Of a stretch of 47,366 nt of DNA, positions 1 through 9,037 are shown one piece after another. Numbering within the stretch: position 1 is the first letter of the stretch; the number at the start of each line of letters is the position of its first letter. Position numbers and translations under genes: made by a program. Source of the DNA: Cupriavidus sp. (GTDB lineage Bacteria > Pseudomonadota > Gammaproteobacteria > Burkholderiales > Burkholderiaceae); the NCBI GenBank assembly GCA_036746135.1, contig DAIOET010000002.1, positions 1 to 47,366 on the forward strand, given 5' to 3'. Under the pieces are notes generated by a model, which did no database searches, had not been told where the DNA came from, and was given only the letters and a program-made list of their open reading frames with translations.

Positions 1-177
1 GTGGCCGAAGCGTGCTACACGATGGCGTCCGAGGCGATGGTCATGCAGTTCCGCCTGATGCGCGCCGTCATCAGCCACAAGTCCGATAGCTGCCAGGATT
101 GCCTGGAACAGCTCGAACTGGCTTACCAGGGCACGGTACCCGCGCTGGCGGCCCACTTTGGAGAGACCGTCACATGA
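1..177 (+). CDS. 3' end of a DUF1839-like protein (partial, runs off the window)
   Basis: Frame 1 reads VAEACYTMASEAMVMQFRLMRAVISHKSDSCQDCLEQLELAYQGTVPALAAHFGETVT*. It aligns without gaps (24/54 identical by eye) to the C-terminus of the 3956-4981 protein. TGA 175-177 overlaps the GH2 ATG (ATGA coupling). Not in the ORF track. Confidence 0.85.
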   Translation: MAEACYTMASEAMVMQFRLMRAVISHKSDSCQDCLEQLELAYQGTVPALAAHFGETVT

Positions 178-2756
178 CCGCACGGGATCCGGAACCGGCA
201 TTGCTGCCCATCCTGCAGCCCGGGGTGGCCGTGGGGCGATCGCGGCTTGAAGGCGACTGGACCCTGCTTGAAACCTTTGCGAATGCGGCCGCGCATCCGG
301 GCGAGCTGTCCGAGACCGGCCACTGGTTGCCCGCGCCGGTGCCCGGTACCGTGGCCAGCGCGCTGCGCGCCGCGCGACGCTGGGACGATACGGCGCCGCC
401 GCCACTGCACCATAACGATTACTGGTACCGGTTGCATTTCTCCGGCAGCGGCCGCCGGTTGCTGCGCTTCAACGGCCTTGCCACGATTGCCGAGGTCTGG
501 CTCAACGGCGTGAAGGTGCTCACCACGCACCATATGTTCGCGGCACACCAGGTGGAGGTGGAACTGGCGGGTGCGGACAACGCGCTGCATATCTGCTTTC
601 GCGCGATGCACCCGTGGCTGCGCACGCAGCGCGGCCCGGTGCGGTGGAAGCCGCGCATGATCCAGCCGCCGTCGCTGCGCACGGTTCGCACGACGCTGCT
701 TGGTCACATGCCTGGCTGGTGTCCGCCCGTGCATGCGGTCGGCCCGTGGCGCGATATCGAACTGCTCGATCCCGCCGGTACCGATCTCGCGCATGGCGTA
801 CGTGCCGAACTGTCGAGCCGGATCGAAGGCAGCGACGGCGTCATCGAGGCAAAACTGCATTTTCCAGGGCCGGTGCCGGCGCACGGTACGTTCTCGGCGA
901 TGGGCCCCGAGCACGCCGTGTGGCATGGCGAACTGTGCAGCATCGGCGGCCAAACGCTGGCCGGCACGCTGCGCATTCCGGATGCACGACGCTGGTGGCC
1001 GCATACACATGGCGATCCGGCGCTTTACCGGATCGACGCCAGCTTCGGCGGCCACGTACTGGCATGCGGGCGCGTTGGGTTTCGTACGATCACCGAAGAC
1101 CGCGATGGCGAACCCGGCGCTTTTGCGCTGCGCGTCAACGGCGAACGTGTGTTCTGCCGTGGCGCGTGCGTATCGAGCCACGACCTGCCGGGCCTGGCCG
1201 ATACCGACGAGGCCGTGGCACGCTGGCTTGAGCTGGCCCGCGACGCCGGCGCGAACATGGTGCGCGTGAGCGGCGTGACCTGCTATCCGGGCGAGGCGTT
1301 CTATCGCCATTGCGATGCACTGGGCCTGATGGTCTGGCAGGACTTCATGTTTGCAAACTTCGACTACGGCAGCGAGTCCAGCGCCAGTGCCGCGTTGATG
1401 GACGACGCGAGCCGCGAAGTCTCGCAGTGGCTGACGTCGACCGGTGCGCATGCGAGCCTGGCCGTGCTGTGCGGCGGCAGCGAGGCGGAGCAGCAGGCGG
1501 CCATGCTGGGCGCCCCGCGCGGCACATGGCGCCAGCCGCTGTTCGATGAACTGATCCCGGCGCTGGTGGCCAGGCACCGGCCGGACACGGTCTACGTGCG
1601 CAACTCGCCGAGCGAGGGCGCGTGGCCGTTCCAGCCCGATACCGGCGTCACGCACTACTACGGCGTGGGCGCATACCAGCGGCCGCTGGCCGACGCGCGG
1701 CTCGCCAACGTGCGCTTTACGTCCGAATGCCTGGCATTCGCCAATGTGCCGTGCGCGCGCACGCTGGCGGAGGCGGGCCTGTCGCAGCCGTTGCACGATC
1801 CGCGCTGGAAGGCGCGCGTGCCGCGCGACGCCGGTTCAGCCTGGGATTTCGAAGACATCCGCGACTTCTACCTGCGGGCGCTGTTCGAGGTGGACCCGCC
1901 ACGGCTGCGCTATGAGCATCCGGCCCGCTACCTGACGCTGTCACGCGCCGTGGTGGCGGAGATCATGACCGAAGTGTTCGGCGAATGGCGCCGCACGGGT
2001 TCCTCCTGCATGGGCGGGCTGGTGTGGCAGCTGCAAGATCTGCTGCCGGGCGCCGGCTGGGGCATCATCGATGCCCGGGCGCGGCCCAAGTCGGCATGGC
2101 ACGCGCTGCGGCAGGTATGGCAGCCGCTGCAGGTGTTGCTGACGGACGAGGGGTTGAACGGCCTGCACGTGCACCTGATCAACGAGTCCGGCGCGCCGCG
2201 CACGGTGCGGTTGACGTTGCGCTGCCTGCGCGATGGCGAGGCCGTGGCCGATCAGGCTACGCGGACGCTTACGCTGGCGCCACGCGAGTCGCGGCGGCTG
2301 GTGGCGGCGGAACTGCTCGATCACTTCTTCGATTTCACCTACGCATACCGCTTTGGTCCGCCCGCGCACGACGTGGTACTGGCGACGCTGCATGACGCGT
2401 CTCCGGAAACCGCGTCGGACACTACCCCGGACGAGGCAGGAAACCGGTTGCTCAGCCAGTCGGTCTATCTGCCGAACCGGCGTGCCGATGCGCTGCGCGA
2501 TCCGGGCCTCCGTGCCAGCGTGGCATGCGAAGACGGCGTCTGGTGGCTCACGGTGGAGGCGCGGCGCTTCGCGCGCTGGGTCCATATCGACGATCACGCC
2601 TACCTGCCCGAGACCGACTGGTTCCATCTCGGGCCGGGTGAATCGCGCCGCATCCGCCTGATGCACGATGCCGCGGGTGTAGCCGGGGCCAACGCCATCC
2701 CTTCGGGCGAGGTGTCCGCGCTGAACGCCGACCGGTCGGTCAATTACGACGGCTGA
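174..2756 (+). CDS. Glycoside hydrolase family 2 (beta-mannosidase-like), no signal peptide
   Basis: GH2 motifs LxFNGLATIAEVWLNG, WWPHTHGDPALY, VNGERVFCRGA, CDALGLMVWQDFMFA and G.LVWQLQD. Start set at ATG 174, coupled to the upstream stop. Confidence 0.88.
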   Translation: MTARDPEPALLPILQPGVAVGRSRLEGDWTLLETFANAAAHPGELSETGHWLPAPVPGTVASALRAARRWDDTAPPPLHHNDYWYRLHFSGSGRRLLRFNGLATIAEVWLNGVKVLTTHHMFAAHQVEVELAGADNALHICFRAMHPWLRTQRGPVRWKPRMIQPPSLRTVRTTLLGHMPGWCPPVHAVGPWRDIELLDPAGTDLAHGVRAELSSRIEGSDGVIEAKLHFPGPVPAHGTFSAMGPEHAVWHGELCSIGGQTLAGTLRIPDARRWWPHTHGDPALYRIDASFGGHVLACGRVGFRTITEDRDGEPGAFALRVNGERVFCRGACVSSHDLPGLADTDEAVARWLELARDAGANMVRVSGVTCYPGEAFYRHCDALGLMVWQDFMFANFDYGSESSASAALMDDASREVSQWLTSTGAHASLAVLCGGSEAEQQAAMLGAPRGTWRQPLFDELIPALVARHRPDTVYVRNSPSEGAWPFQPDTGVTHYYGVGAYQRPLADARLANVRFTSECLAFANVPCARTLAEAGLSQPLHDPRWKARVPRDAGSAWDFEDIRDFYLRALFEVDPPRLRYEHPARYLTLSRAVVAEIMTEVFGEWRRTGSSCMGGLVWQLQDLLPGAGWGIIDARARPKSAWHALRQVWQPLQVLLTDEGLNGLHVHLINESGAPRTVRLTLRCLRDGEAVADQATRTLTLAPRESRRLVAAELLDHFFDFTYAYRFGPPAHDVVLATLHDASPETASDTTPDEAGNRLLSQSVYLPNRRADALRDPGLRASVACEDGVWWLTVEARRFARWVHIDDHAYLPETDWFHLGPGESRRIRLMHDAAGVAGANAIPSGEVSALNADRSVNYDG

Positions 2757-3143
2757 CGCCGTCGATCTCCACCTGCCCGCCATGCCACGGCTGGCGCGGC
2801 AGGACACATATCCCTCCTCCACATGGCCGGTGCGCCCGCCCCGCCGCGCCCGCGTCTTCCTCCTCCGAATTCCTACATCCAACCTACCAAAGCATGACTA
2901 CCAGACCTATCCGTCTGCCTACTGTCGGTTCAGTGCGCCATAGCACTTAATACAGTCAACAACGAAGAATATCCGGGGCGTAAAAAGCTTCGGCAGGTTT
3001 TACGGGTGGCAGTCGCAAGGCTGCCAGGTATTCGCCAGCAGCTAGCTGATAAAGGGTGGAGCGGCGAAGTCGGGTCACACGTCTCGCAGGCGTTTGCCAG
3101 CGTGCGCGTACCGATGTCGCTCCGGTCAAACGGAGAGGAAAAA

Positions 3144-3872
3144 ATGATCACGCATCGGTCGGACCTGCATGTCAATCATCTGCTCAACGCCATGCCGCGC
3201 CATGAATGGGAAGTCCTGTCGCGACACTTCGAGCTCGTCCGCCTGCGTGCAGGGGAATTGCTGACCGATTCGGGCCAGCGCATCGTCCACGTCTACTTTC
3301 CCACCACGTCGGTGGTGTCGCTGCTCTCGTTGCTTGAGGATGGCGCCACGGTGGAATTCGCGGCGGTGGGCAACGAAGGCTTGGTCGGCATCCCCGTGGT
3401 TACCGGTGGCGACACCATGCCGAGCCGCGTGGAAGTACGCAGCCCCGGCTTTGCGTACCGCATCCCGGCTCGCGCGCTGCGCGCCGAGCTGTCGCAGCTT
3501 CCCACGCTGCAACGCATGACGCTGCTCTATGTGCAGGCCGTGCTGACGCAGATTGCCCAGACCGCCGCCTGCAATCGCCATCACTCGCTGAACAAGCAGC
3601 TGTGCCGCTGGCTGTTGCTGGCCATCGATCGCATGGCAAGCAACGAACTCGTGATCACGCAGCAGGTGATCGCGAACATGCTGGGTGTGCGTCGCGAAGG
3701 CGTGACCGAAGCCGCTGGCAAGCTGGAGGATATGGGCTTGATCCACCACAGCCGCGGCCACATCACCGTGCTCGACCGTTGCGGACTTGAGCAGCATTCT
3801 TGCGAATGCTACAAGCTCGTCAAGCGCGAGTATGACCGCCTGCTGCCGGCGCTGGCCCTGGTGCACGCCTGA
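3144..3872 (+). CDS. Crp/Fnr-family transcriptional regulator
   Basis: cNMP-like domain (VYFPTTSVVSLL, VGNEGLVG), QTAACNRHHS..QLCRWLL, and HTH TQQVIANMLGVRREGVTEAAGKL. GGAGAGG RBS before ATG 3144. Confidence 0.92.
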   Translation: MITHRSDLHVNHLLNAMPRHEWEVLSRHFELVRLRAGELLTDSGQRIVHVYFPTTSVVSLLSLLEDGATVEFAAVGNEGLVGIPVVTGGDTMPSRVEVRSPGFAYRIPARALRAELSQLPTLQRMTLLYVQAVLTQIAQTAACNRHHSLNKQLCRWLLLAIDRMASNELVITQQVIANMLGVRREGVTEAAGKLEDMGLIHHSRGHITVLDRCGLEQHSCECYKLVKREYDRLLPALALVHA

Positions 3873-3955
3873 CCGGCGTCATTCGCGCAATGCAGCACGC
3901 CCCGAATGCCACGCGCCGTCAGGCGGCGTTCCGGGGCGCGCTTCACGCGCGACGC

Positions 3956-4981
3956 TCAGTAGCCATGTGCCGGATCGATGCTGCCGAACGACGCTACCAG
4001 GCCCGTGATCACGGTGCCGTAGGCCGACTCCAGGTTGTCCAGGCACTCCGTGCAGGCATCGGCGCGGCGCCGTGCCACGGCACGCGCCAGGCGGAACTGG
4101 AGCACCTTGCATTCGGTAGCGATCCTGCCGGCCGCCTCGCTGATGTCCGACGGCACCGTATGGCCGTGTTCGCCGAGCCAGTTCAGGCAGTGATGAAGCA
4201 TCTCGAAGTTGGCACCCAGTTGGCGCGGCAGGTTGAATCCATAGAGATGGAAGTAGGCATCGCCGCGCGCCAGGATCGTATCGACCTGTGCCGGGAACTC
4301 AGTACGCCAGCGCGTGATGGGATTCTGCGTCGGGCGCCGGCCCAGATGGTGGCGCATCAGTTGTGCAACCGTATTGGCCAGCTCACGGCCTTGCAGCGGC
4401 GCGCGCACGCGCTTCGCGCATTCGACGTACGGAAACAGGATGTTGCCGTTGGTGCTGAGTTCGGGCGTGAGACGCATCACGCCCCGGTAATCCTCGCCCT
4501 CGACTGCATAGCGTCCAAGGCTGTGATAGTAGGACATGGTCTGCGCCGCGGTGTCGATCTCGTCGATCGCGATCGTGGATTTCACATGACCCGTGCGATA
4601 GGTCGTGGCGCCCGTATCGGGCAGGTAGAAGCTGTCCGCTTCCACCAGCATCGTGTGGCCGCGCCGCACCTGTTCGGCAACGTGCGCTTCCAGCGTGTCG
4701 TAGATGGCGCTCTCCTGCACGACCGTTCCATACAGCAGTTCCAGGTCGGCCTGCGGAAACTTGAAGAAGGTGAAATGGTCGCCTTCGTAGTCCTGCGTCA
4801 CAGTGAACGGCAGTGCCGCGCGCGGGTCGAGGTGCCAGCCATGCAGCAGCTCGATCCAGAGGTCCATGTAGCAGTTCGTTTCCTGCCAGATCGATGCCTC
4901 GCCATGCAGCAGGCGCTGCGGCGCCACCACGGGCCGTGCTGCCTGCGCGGGCGCCACGGTGTTCGCTGTGCATTGCTCCAT
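3956..4981 (-). CDS. DUF1839-like protein
   Basis: Motifs WQETNCYMDLWIE, DYEGDHFTFFKFP, EADSFYLPDT...HVKSTIA and YGFNLPRQLGANFE match my recollection of DUF1839. GGAGG RBS at 4989-4993 supports ATG 4981 rather than 5356. Confidence 0.8.
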   Translation of the reverse strand: MEQCTANTVAPAQAARPVVAPQRLLHGEASIWQETNCYMDLWIELLHGWHLDPRAALPFTVTQDYEGDHFTFFKFPQADLELLYGTVVQESAIYDTLEAHVAEQVRRGHTMLVEADSFYLPDTGATTYRTGHVKSTIAIDEIDTAAQTMSYYHSLGRYAVEGEDYRGVMRLTPELSTNGNILFPYVECAKRVRAPLQGRELANTVAQLMRHHLGRRPTQNPITRWRTEFPAQVDTILARGDAYFHLYGFNLPRQLGANFEMLHHCLNWLGEHGHTVPSDISEAAGRIATECKVLQFRLARAVARRRADACTECLDNLESAYGTVITGLVASFGSIDPAHGY

Positions 4982-5137
4982 CTCATTTCCTCCGGGTTCG
5001 GATGGCAAGCGGCTCGGAGCCGGCCGGCCGTGCGTTGGCATGTCCACCTGCATTGGAGCCTTTCCGGCGCGGCACTTCGGTACGTTTTCCAACACACGGG
5101 CCGTTGTCAGGGCAAGGCCACGGCGCGGCGGGTAGCG

Positions 5138-5153
5138 TGTGCGGAATCGAACA
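5138..5153. promoter_or_regulatory. CRP-geometry palindrome TGTGCG-GAAT-CGAACA, candidate site for the local Crp
   Basis: 16-bp dyad between the divergent DUF1839 and wzc-like genes; the same motif recurs at 19871 and 34268. Confidence 0.55.
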
Positions 5154-5422
5154 GAATCCTGCCAAGGCAGCTTCCTACACTGATCGCATCCACTCTGGCC
5201 AGGGCGCGGGCGCGCGCGTCCGTGGCGCCTGTCGTGACAGGCCCGGTTGCCGGAGTCTTCACAACGCGCCGATGCGTCAACCGCCGATGCATCGGCACGC
5301 CGACCGAGTGGGCACCAGGAGGCAGGATGAAAACGCCGACCAAAGGGCCCCATCACTACTGGCGCAACCAGACAAGCCGCGCCCGCAGGGGTTAGGCAGT
5401 ATTCGGAGTCAAGGGGGACGTC

Positions 5423-7810
5423 GTGAACAAGATGTCATTTTTTGCAGCGGGAGCCGGAACGGCAGATGCGGCAATGCCCGCGGCTGGCGGCGTGGCGCGG
5501 CGTGCAATGGTCGACCACGCCGGATGGATTCTGGGCGCGGGGCTGGTAGGCGCGGCGGTGGCCTGGGTGTGCGCGGTTTCGCAGCCGCCGGTGTACAGCG
5601 CGAGCGCGCTGGTCCAGGTGCTGCAGCCGCGCGAAGGCGCGGCGCAGGCACGCAATGCCGCCGCGGCCATGCAGGCGCCCAGCGTGCCGCTCGATGTCGG
5701 CATGCTGCGCAGCCGCACCGTGGTGGCCCCCGTAGTGGAGCGGCTGCGTCTTGATATTACGGCGCTGCCCTTGCGCGCGCCGCTGATCGGCGGGCTGGTC
5801 GCGCATTTTGCCAATCCCGGCAAGATCGGCACGCCGTGGCCGGAAAGCCTTGGGTACGCATGGAGCGGCGAGCAGGTCGCGGTGGAAAAGCTCTCGGTGC
5901 CTGAGCGCCTGCTCAACGTGCCGCTGACGCTGGAGGTTCTGCCCGACAACGGTTACCGGCTCTATGACCGCGACAGCGAACTGCTCGAAGGCCGCGTGGG
6001 CGCGCGGGCGGAGGCGAATGGCGTGACGCTGGTGGTGACGCGCATCGACGCCCACCCCGGCACGCGCTTCATGCTGACGCGCCATGACATGGTGCAGACC
6101 ATCAATGACGTGGCTAATGGGTTGCATATCGAGATGCAGCCCGGCGATGCGAGCACCGTGAGCATCTCGTGGCGGACCACCGACCGCACGGTCGCCGCCG
6201 CGCTGGTCAATGGCATCACCGAATCGTTCATCGGCAACCAGGCCACGCAGCGGCGCGACGATACGGCGGCGACGCTGGCCTTCCTGGGCAACGAGATTCC
6301 GCGCGTGAAGGTCGAACTGGAGCGCGCCGAGGCCGCGTTGACGCGCTATCGCTCGAAGGCCGGTTCGATGACGCCGACGCAGGACGCCCAGTCATACCTG
6401 TCCGGCAGCATGGACTACCAGCGCCAGATCGCGTTGCTGAAGCTGGAACGCACCAAGCTGCTGCAACGCTTTACCGAGGAAGCGAACGAGGTCAAGACCG
6501 TCGACAACCAGATCCAGCAGCTGATACGCGAACGCAAGGATATGGATTCGCGCTACCAGAACCTGTCTTCGACCGAGCGGGAATCGGTGGCGCTGACGCG
6601 CGATGTGAAGGTCGCCGAAGACATGTACATGACGTTGCGCAACAAGTCGGAGCAATTGTCGCTGGTGCAACTCGATCGCACGGGACAGGTGCGCGTGCTG
6701 GACAGCGCGCTGGTGCCGGTACGCCCCGTGGGCCTGGGACCGTGGCCCGCCACTACAGCAGGGGCACTGATGGGGATCTGCCTAGCGATGGCATGCGTGA
6801 CCATGCGTCAGCGCGTCCGGCCCACGCTGGACTCCGCCAACGACGCCGAATTGCGGCTCGGCCTGCCGATGCTTGGCGACGTAGTGTTCAGCCAGGAACA
6901 GGTGGAACTGGAGAAGCTTGTCGACGCGCGTGCAAAGTCGGTACATGGGAAGATCGCGGGGCTGCTCGCGCATGAACCCGGCCGCGCGCTCGTCAGCCAG
7001 GACGAACTGGTGGCGAACGCCGACGATGACCTGGACGGCGCCGAACGGCTGCTGCGCCTTGGCCTGCACGATCAGTTCCTGCTGGCGCGCAATTCGCCGC
7101 ACTCGATGGCGGTGGAAGGGCTGCGCAGCGTGCGCGCGGCGCTGCATTTCATGCTGCGCGATACGCCGCAACGGGTGCTCGCGGTGACGAGCCCCACGGC
7201 GGGCGCTGGCAAGACATTCGCATCGGTCAATCTCGCCGTGCTGTTTGCCGAGGCCGGCCAGCGTGTGCTGCTGATCGATGCCGACCTGCGGCGCGGCAAG
7301 GTGGCAAGCTGGTTTGATCTGGCCACCGACGTGGGCCTTGCCGATCTGCTCGCCGGCCGCGTAGCGTTGCCGGAAGCCGTCCAGCGCACCGTGGTCAACG
7401 GCCTGTCCGTGCTGCCGGCCGGTATTCCTCCGGTGAACCCATCGGAACTGCTGATGCATCCGGCCTTTGCCGAATCCGTGCGGGCCTGTGCGGAACGCTT
7501 TGATCTGGTATTGATCGATACGCCGCCCGTGCTGGCCGTGGCCGATGCCGCGCTCGTCGCCAACGTTGTCGGCGGCACGCTGATGGTGCTGCGCGCAGGG
7601 TCGACGTTGCCCGACCAGGTCGATGAATCGCTCAAGCGGCTGGCACGCGCACACGCCAGTCTGTCCGGCGGCATCCTCAATGGCGTGACACCGAAGCGCA
7701 GCAATCAGGCGGAGTTCGGCACCATGAATCCCTACCTGGGCATGCCCGTGGCGGCGCCGTCAGTCAGGCAGATCGCTCATGTGCGTGCCGCGCCGGGAAA
7801 GCCTGCCTGA
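5423..7810 (+). CDS. Wzc-like polysaccharide co-polymerase / BY-kinase lacking a C-terminal Tyr cluster
   Basis: Two TM segments, LRSR..V, coiled coil, Walker A TSPTAGAGKT, A' LLIDADLRRG and Walker B VLIDTPP. GTG start. Confidence 0.88.
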   Translation: MNKMSFFAAGAGTADAAMPAAGGVARRAMVDHAGWILGAGLVGAAVAWVCAVSQPPVYSASALVQVLQPREGAAQARNAAAAMQAPSVPLDVGMLRSRTVVAPVVERLRLDITALPLRAPLIGGLVAHFANPGKIGTPWPESLGYAWSGEQVAVEKLSVPERLLNVPLTLEVLPDNGYRLYDRDSELLEGRVGARAEANGVTLVVTRIDAHPGTRFMLTRHDMVQTINDVANGLHIEMQPGDASTVSISWRTTDRTVAAALVNGITESFIGNQATQRRDDTAATLAFLGNEIPRVKVELERAEAALTRYRSKAGSMTPTQDAQSYLSGSMDYQRQIALLKLERTKLLQRFTEEANEVKTVDNQIQQLIRERKDMDSRYQNLSSTERESVALTRDVKVAEDMYMTLRNKSEQLSLVQLDRTGQVRVLDSALVPVRPVGLGPWPATTAGALMGICLAMACVTMRQRVRPTLDSANDAELRLGLPMLGDVVFSQEQVELEKLVDARAKSVHGKIAGLLAHEPGRALVSQDELVANADDDLDGAERLLRLGLHDQFLLARNSPHSMAVEGLRSVRAALHFMLRDTPQRVLAVTSPTAGAGKTFASVNLAVLFAEAGQRVLLIDADLRRGKVASWFDLATDVGLADLLAGRVALPEAVQRTVVNGLSVLPAGIPPVNPSELLMHPAFAESVRACAERFDLVLIDTPPVLAVADAALVANVVGGTLMVLRAGSTLPDQVDESLKRLARAHASLSGGILNGVTPKRSNQAEFGTMNPYLGMPVAAPSVRQIAHVRAAPGKPA

Positions 7811-7819
7811 GCCCATAGC

Positions 7820-7872
7820 ATTGCGCTCCTACGCGATATGGTCCGATAAGGACCATACCCGAGGAGCGCAAT
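7820..7872. terminator. Long bipartite hairpin between convergent genes
   Basis: ATTGCGCTCCT (7820-7830) pairs with AGGAGCGCAAT (7862-7872). Inner TATGGTCC (7837-7844) pairs with GGACCATA (7850-7857), loop GATAA. Confidence 0.6.
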
Positions 7873-7886
7873 CCTTCAGCGGTGAT

Positions 7887-8957
7887 TTACTGACCTTCAG
7901 CGACGCCTTCCACATATGAGGGGAGCGGCGTCTCCAGCGTCTTTCCTGCTTCGTTCGCGGTGTTCATCCTGACCAGTTCGTCGCACTTGACCAGTTCGAC
8001 GCCGGCCTGATAGCGGACTTCCTGCCCGTGTTCACCGCGCAGGCAATTCAGCAGCACCCGTACGAGGTTGGCGCCCGCCATATGGGTAAAGGGATAGCCG
8101 CCTCCGAATCTTGGATTCATTTCCAGCAGGTACTGGCGTCCGTCGCGTTCGATCACATCGCAGTCGACGTTGCCGATATGCCGCAGTTCCCGGCCGATGC
8201 GGGCGGCCAGGTCGCTGAACGGCTTGCCTTCGACAGTGATTGCCTGGTCCGTCTCTCCCGCGCGCATCCTCAGTTTCTGGCGCACCGCGAAGCCGATCGG
8301 GTTCGCATCGAGATCATTGAAGATATCGATCCCGTACTCCTGGCCCGAAATCATTTCCTGGATCAGAACCTGTTCCCCCGGCGGCCCCATCTTTGCAAAG
8401 ATCGATTGCTGGCAGAGCCGCTGGCAGTAGGCATGCGCGAAGCGAAGCTCGCTTTGGTCCTCGACAAAGAAGATGCCGAAGCTTGCGCTGCCCCAACGCG
8501 GTTTGACGACGAGCGGGAAGACCTCGGAACCAGCCGCGATGGCGGACTCCGCGCTTTCCAGGGTCGCATAGCTGCGCGGCGTGGACAGTCCGATCGATTC
8601 GGCGAACTGCGCGGTCAGGAACTTGTCCGCGCATAGGCGAACGACGTCGGCGGACGAGATGATGGGTATCGTGCCGATCTCGCGGAACCGATGTGCGTGC
8701 GCCGCAATGAGCGGCAGTTCCAGGTCATTGAGCGACAGGATCGCTGAAACCCGATGTTCCCTGCATACATCGAGCAGGAAGTCGATGTAGTGCTCCGCAT
8801 GGAGGCTCGGCGCCACCAGGAACAGGTCGCATGCACTCGCGGCCGGCGTATTGCGTTGCATATCCACGCCAAGCACCATGCCAGTCCCGTTCAGCTCCGA
8901 CTTGAAGTACTCCACGAGATAGCGCCTTCTACCTACGCATGTCAGCAGAACGTTCAT
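7887..8957 (-). CDS. ATP-grasp carboxylate-amine ligase (polysaccharide-locus type)
   Basis: MNVLLTCVGRR N-terminus, DKF, VVKPRWGSAS, IQEMISGQEYGID, RAGETD and LEMNPRFGGG motifs. GGAG RBS at 8963-8966. Confidence 0.88.
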   Translation of the reverse strand: MNVLLTCVGRRRYLVEYFKSELNGTGMVLGVDMQRNTPAASACDLFLVAPSLHAEHYIDFLLDVCREHRVSAILSLNDLELPLIAAHAHRFREIGTIPIISSADVVRLCADKFLTAQFAESIGLSTPRSYATLESAESAIAAGSEVFPLVVKPRWGSASFGIFFVEDQSELRFAHAYCQRLCQQSIFAKMGPPGEQVLIQEMISGQEYGIDIFNDLDANPIGFAVRQKLRMRAGETDQAITVEGKPFSDLAARIGRELRHIGNVDCDVIERDGRQYLLEMNPRFGGGYPFTHMAGANLVRVLLNCLRGEHGQEVRYQAGVELVKCDELVRMNTANEAGKTLETPLPSYVEGVAEGQ

Positions 8958-9037
8958 GTGCACTCCAATTGCATCCGATCACTATGACTTTGCCACGATG
9001 TCACGAGGAAAATTTCGGTATTCACGATGAGGACTCG

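Noticed and set aside
123..1796. 557-aa minus-strand ORF
   Set aside because: Antisense shadow of the GH2; Arg/Ala-rich with no motifs, typical of high-GC DNA.
5127..5139. ops/JUMPstart-like GGCGGGTAGCGTG upstream of the wzc-like gene
   Set aside because: It has an extra G versus GGCGGTAGCGTG, the rest of JUMPstart is absent, and no RfaH-like gene is in the window.
3890..5395. 501-aa plus-strand ORF
   Set aside because: Antisense to the motif-bearing DUF1839 gene; no recognisable domain.
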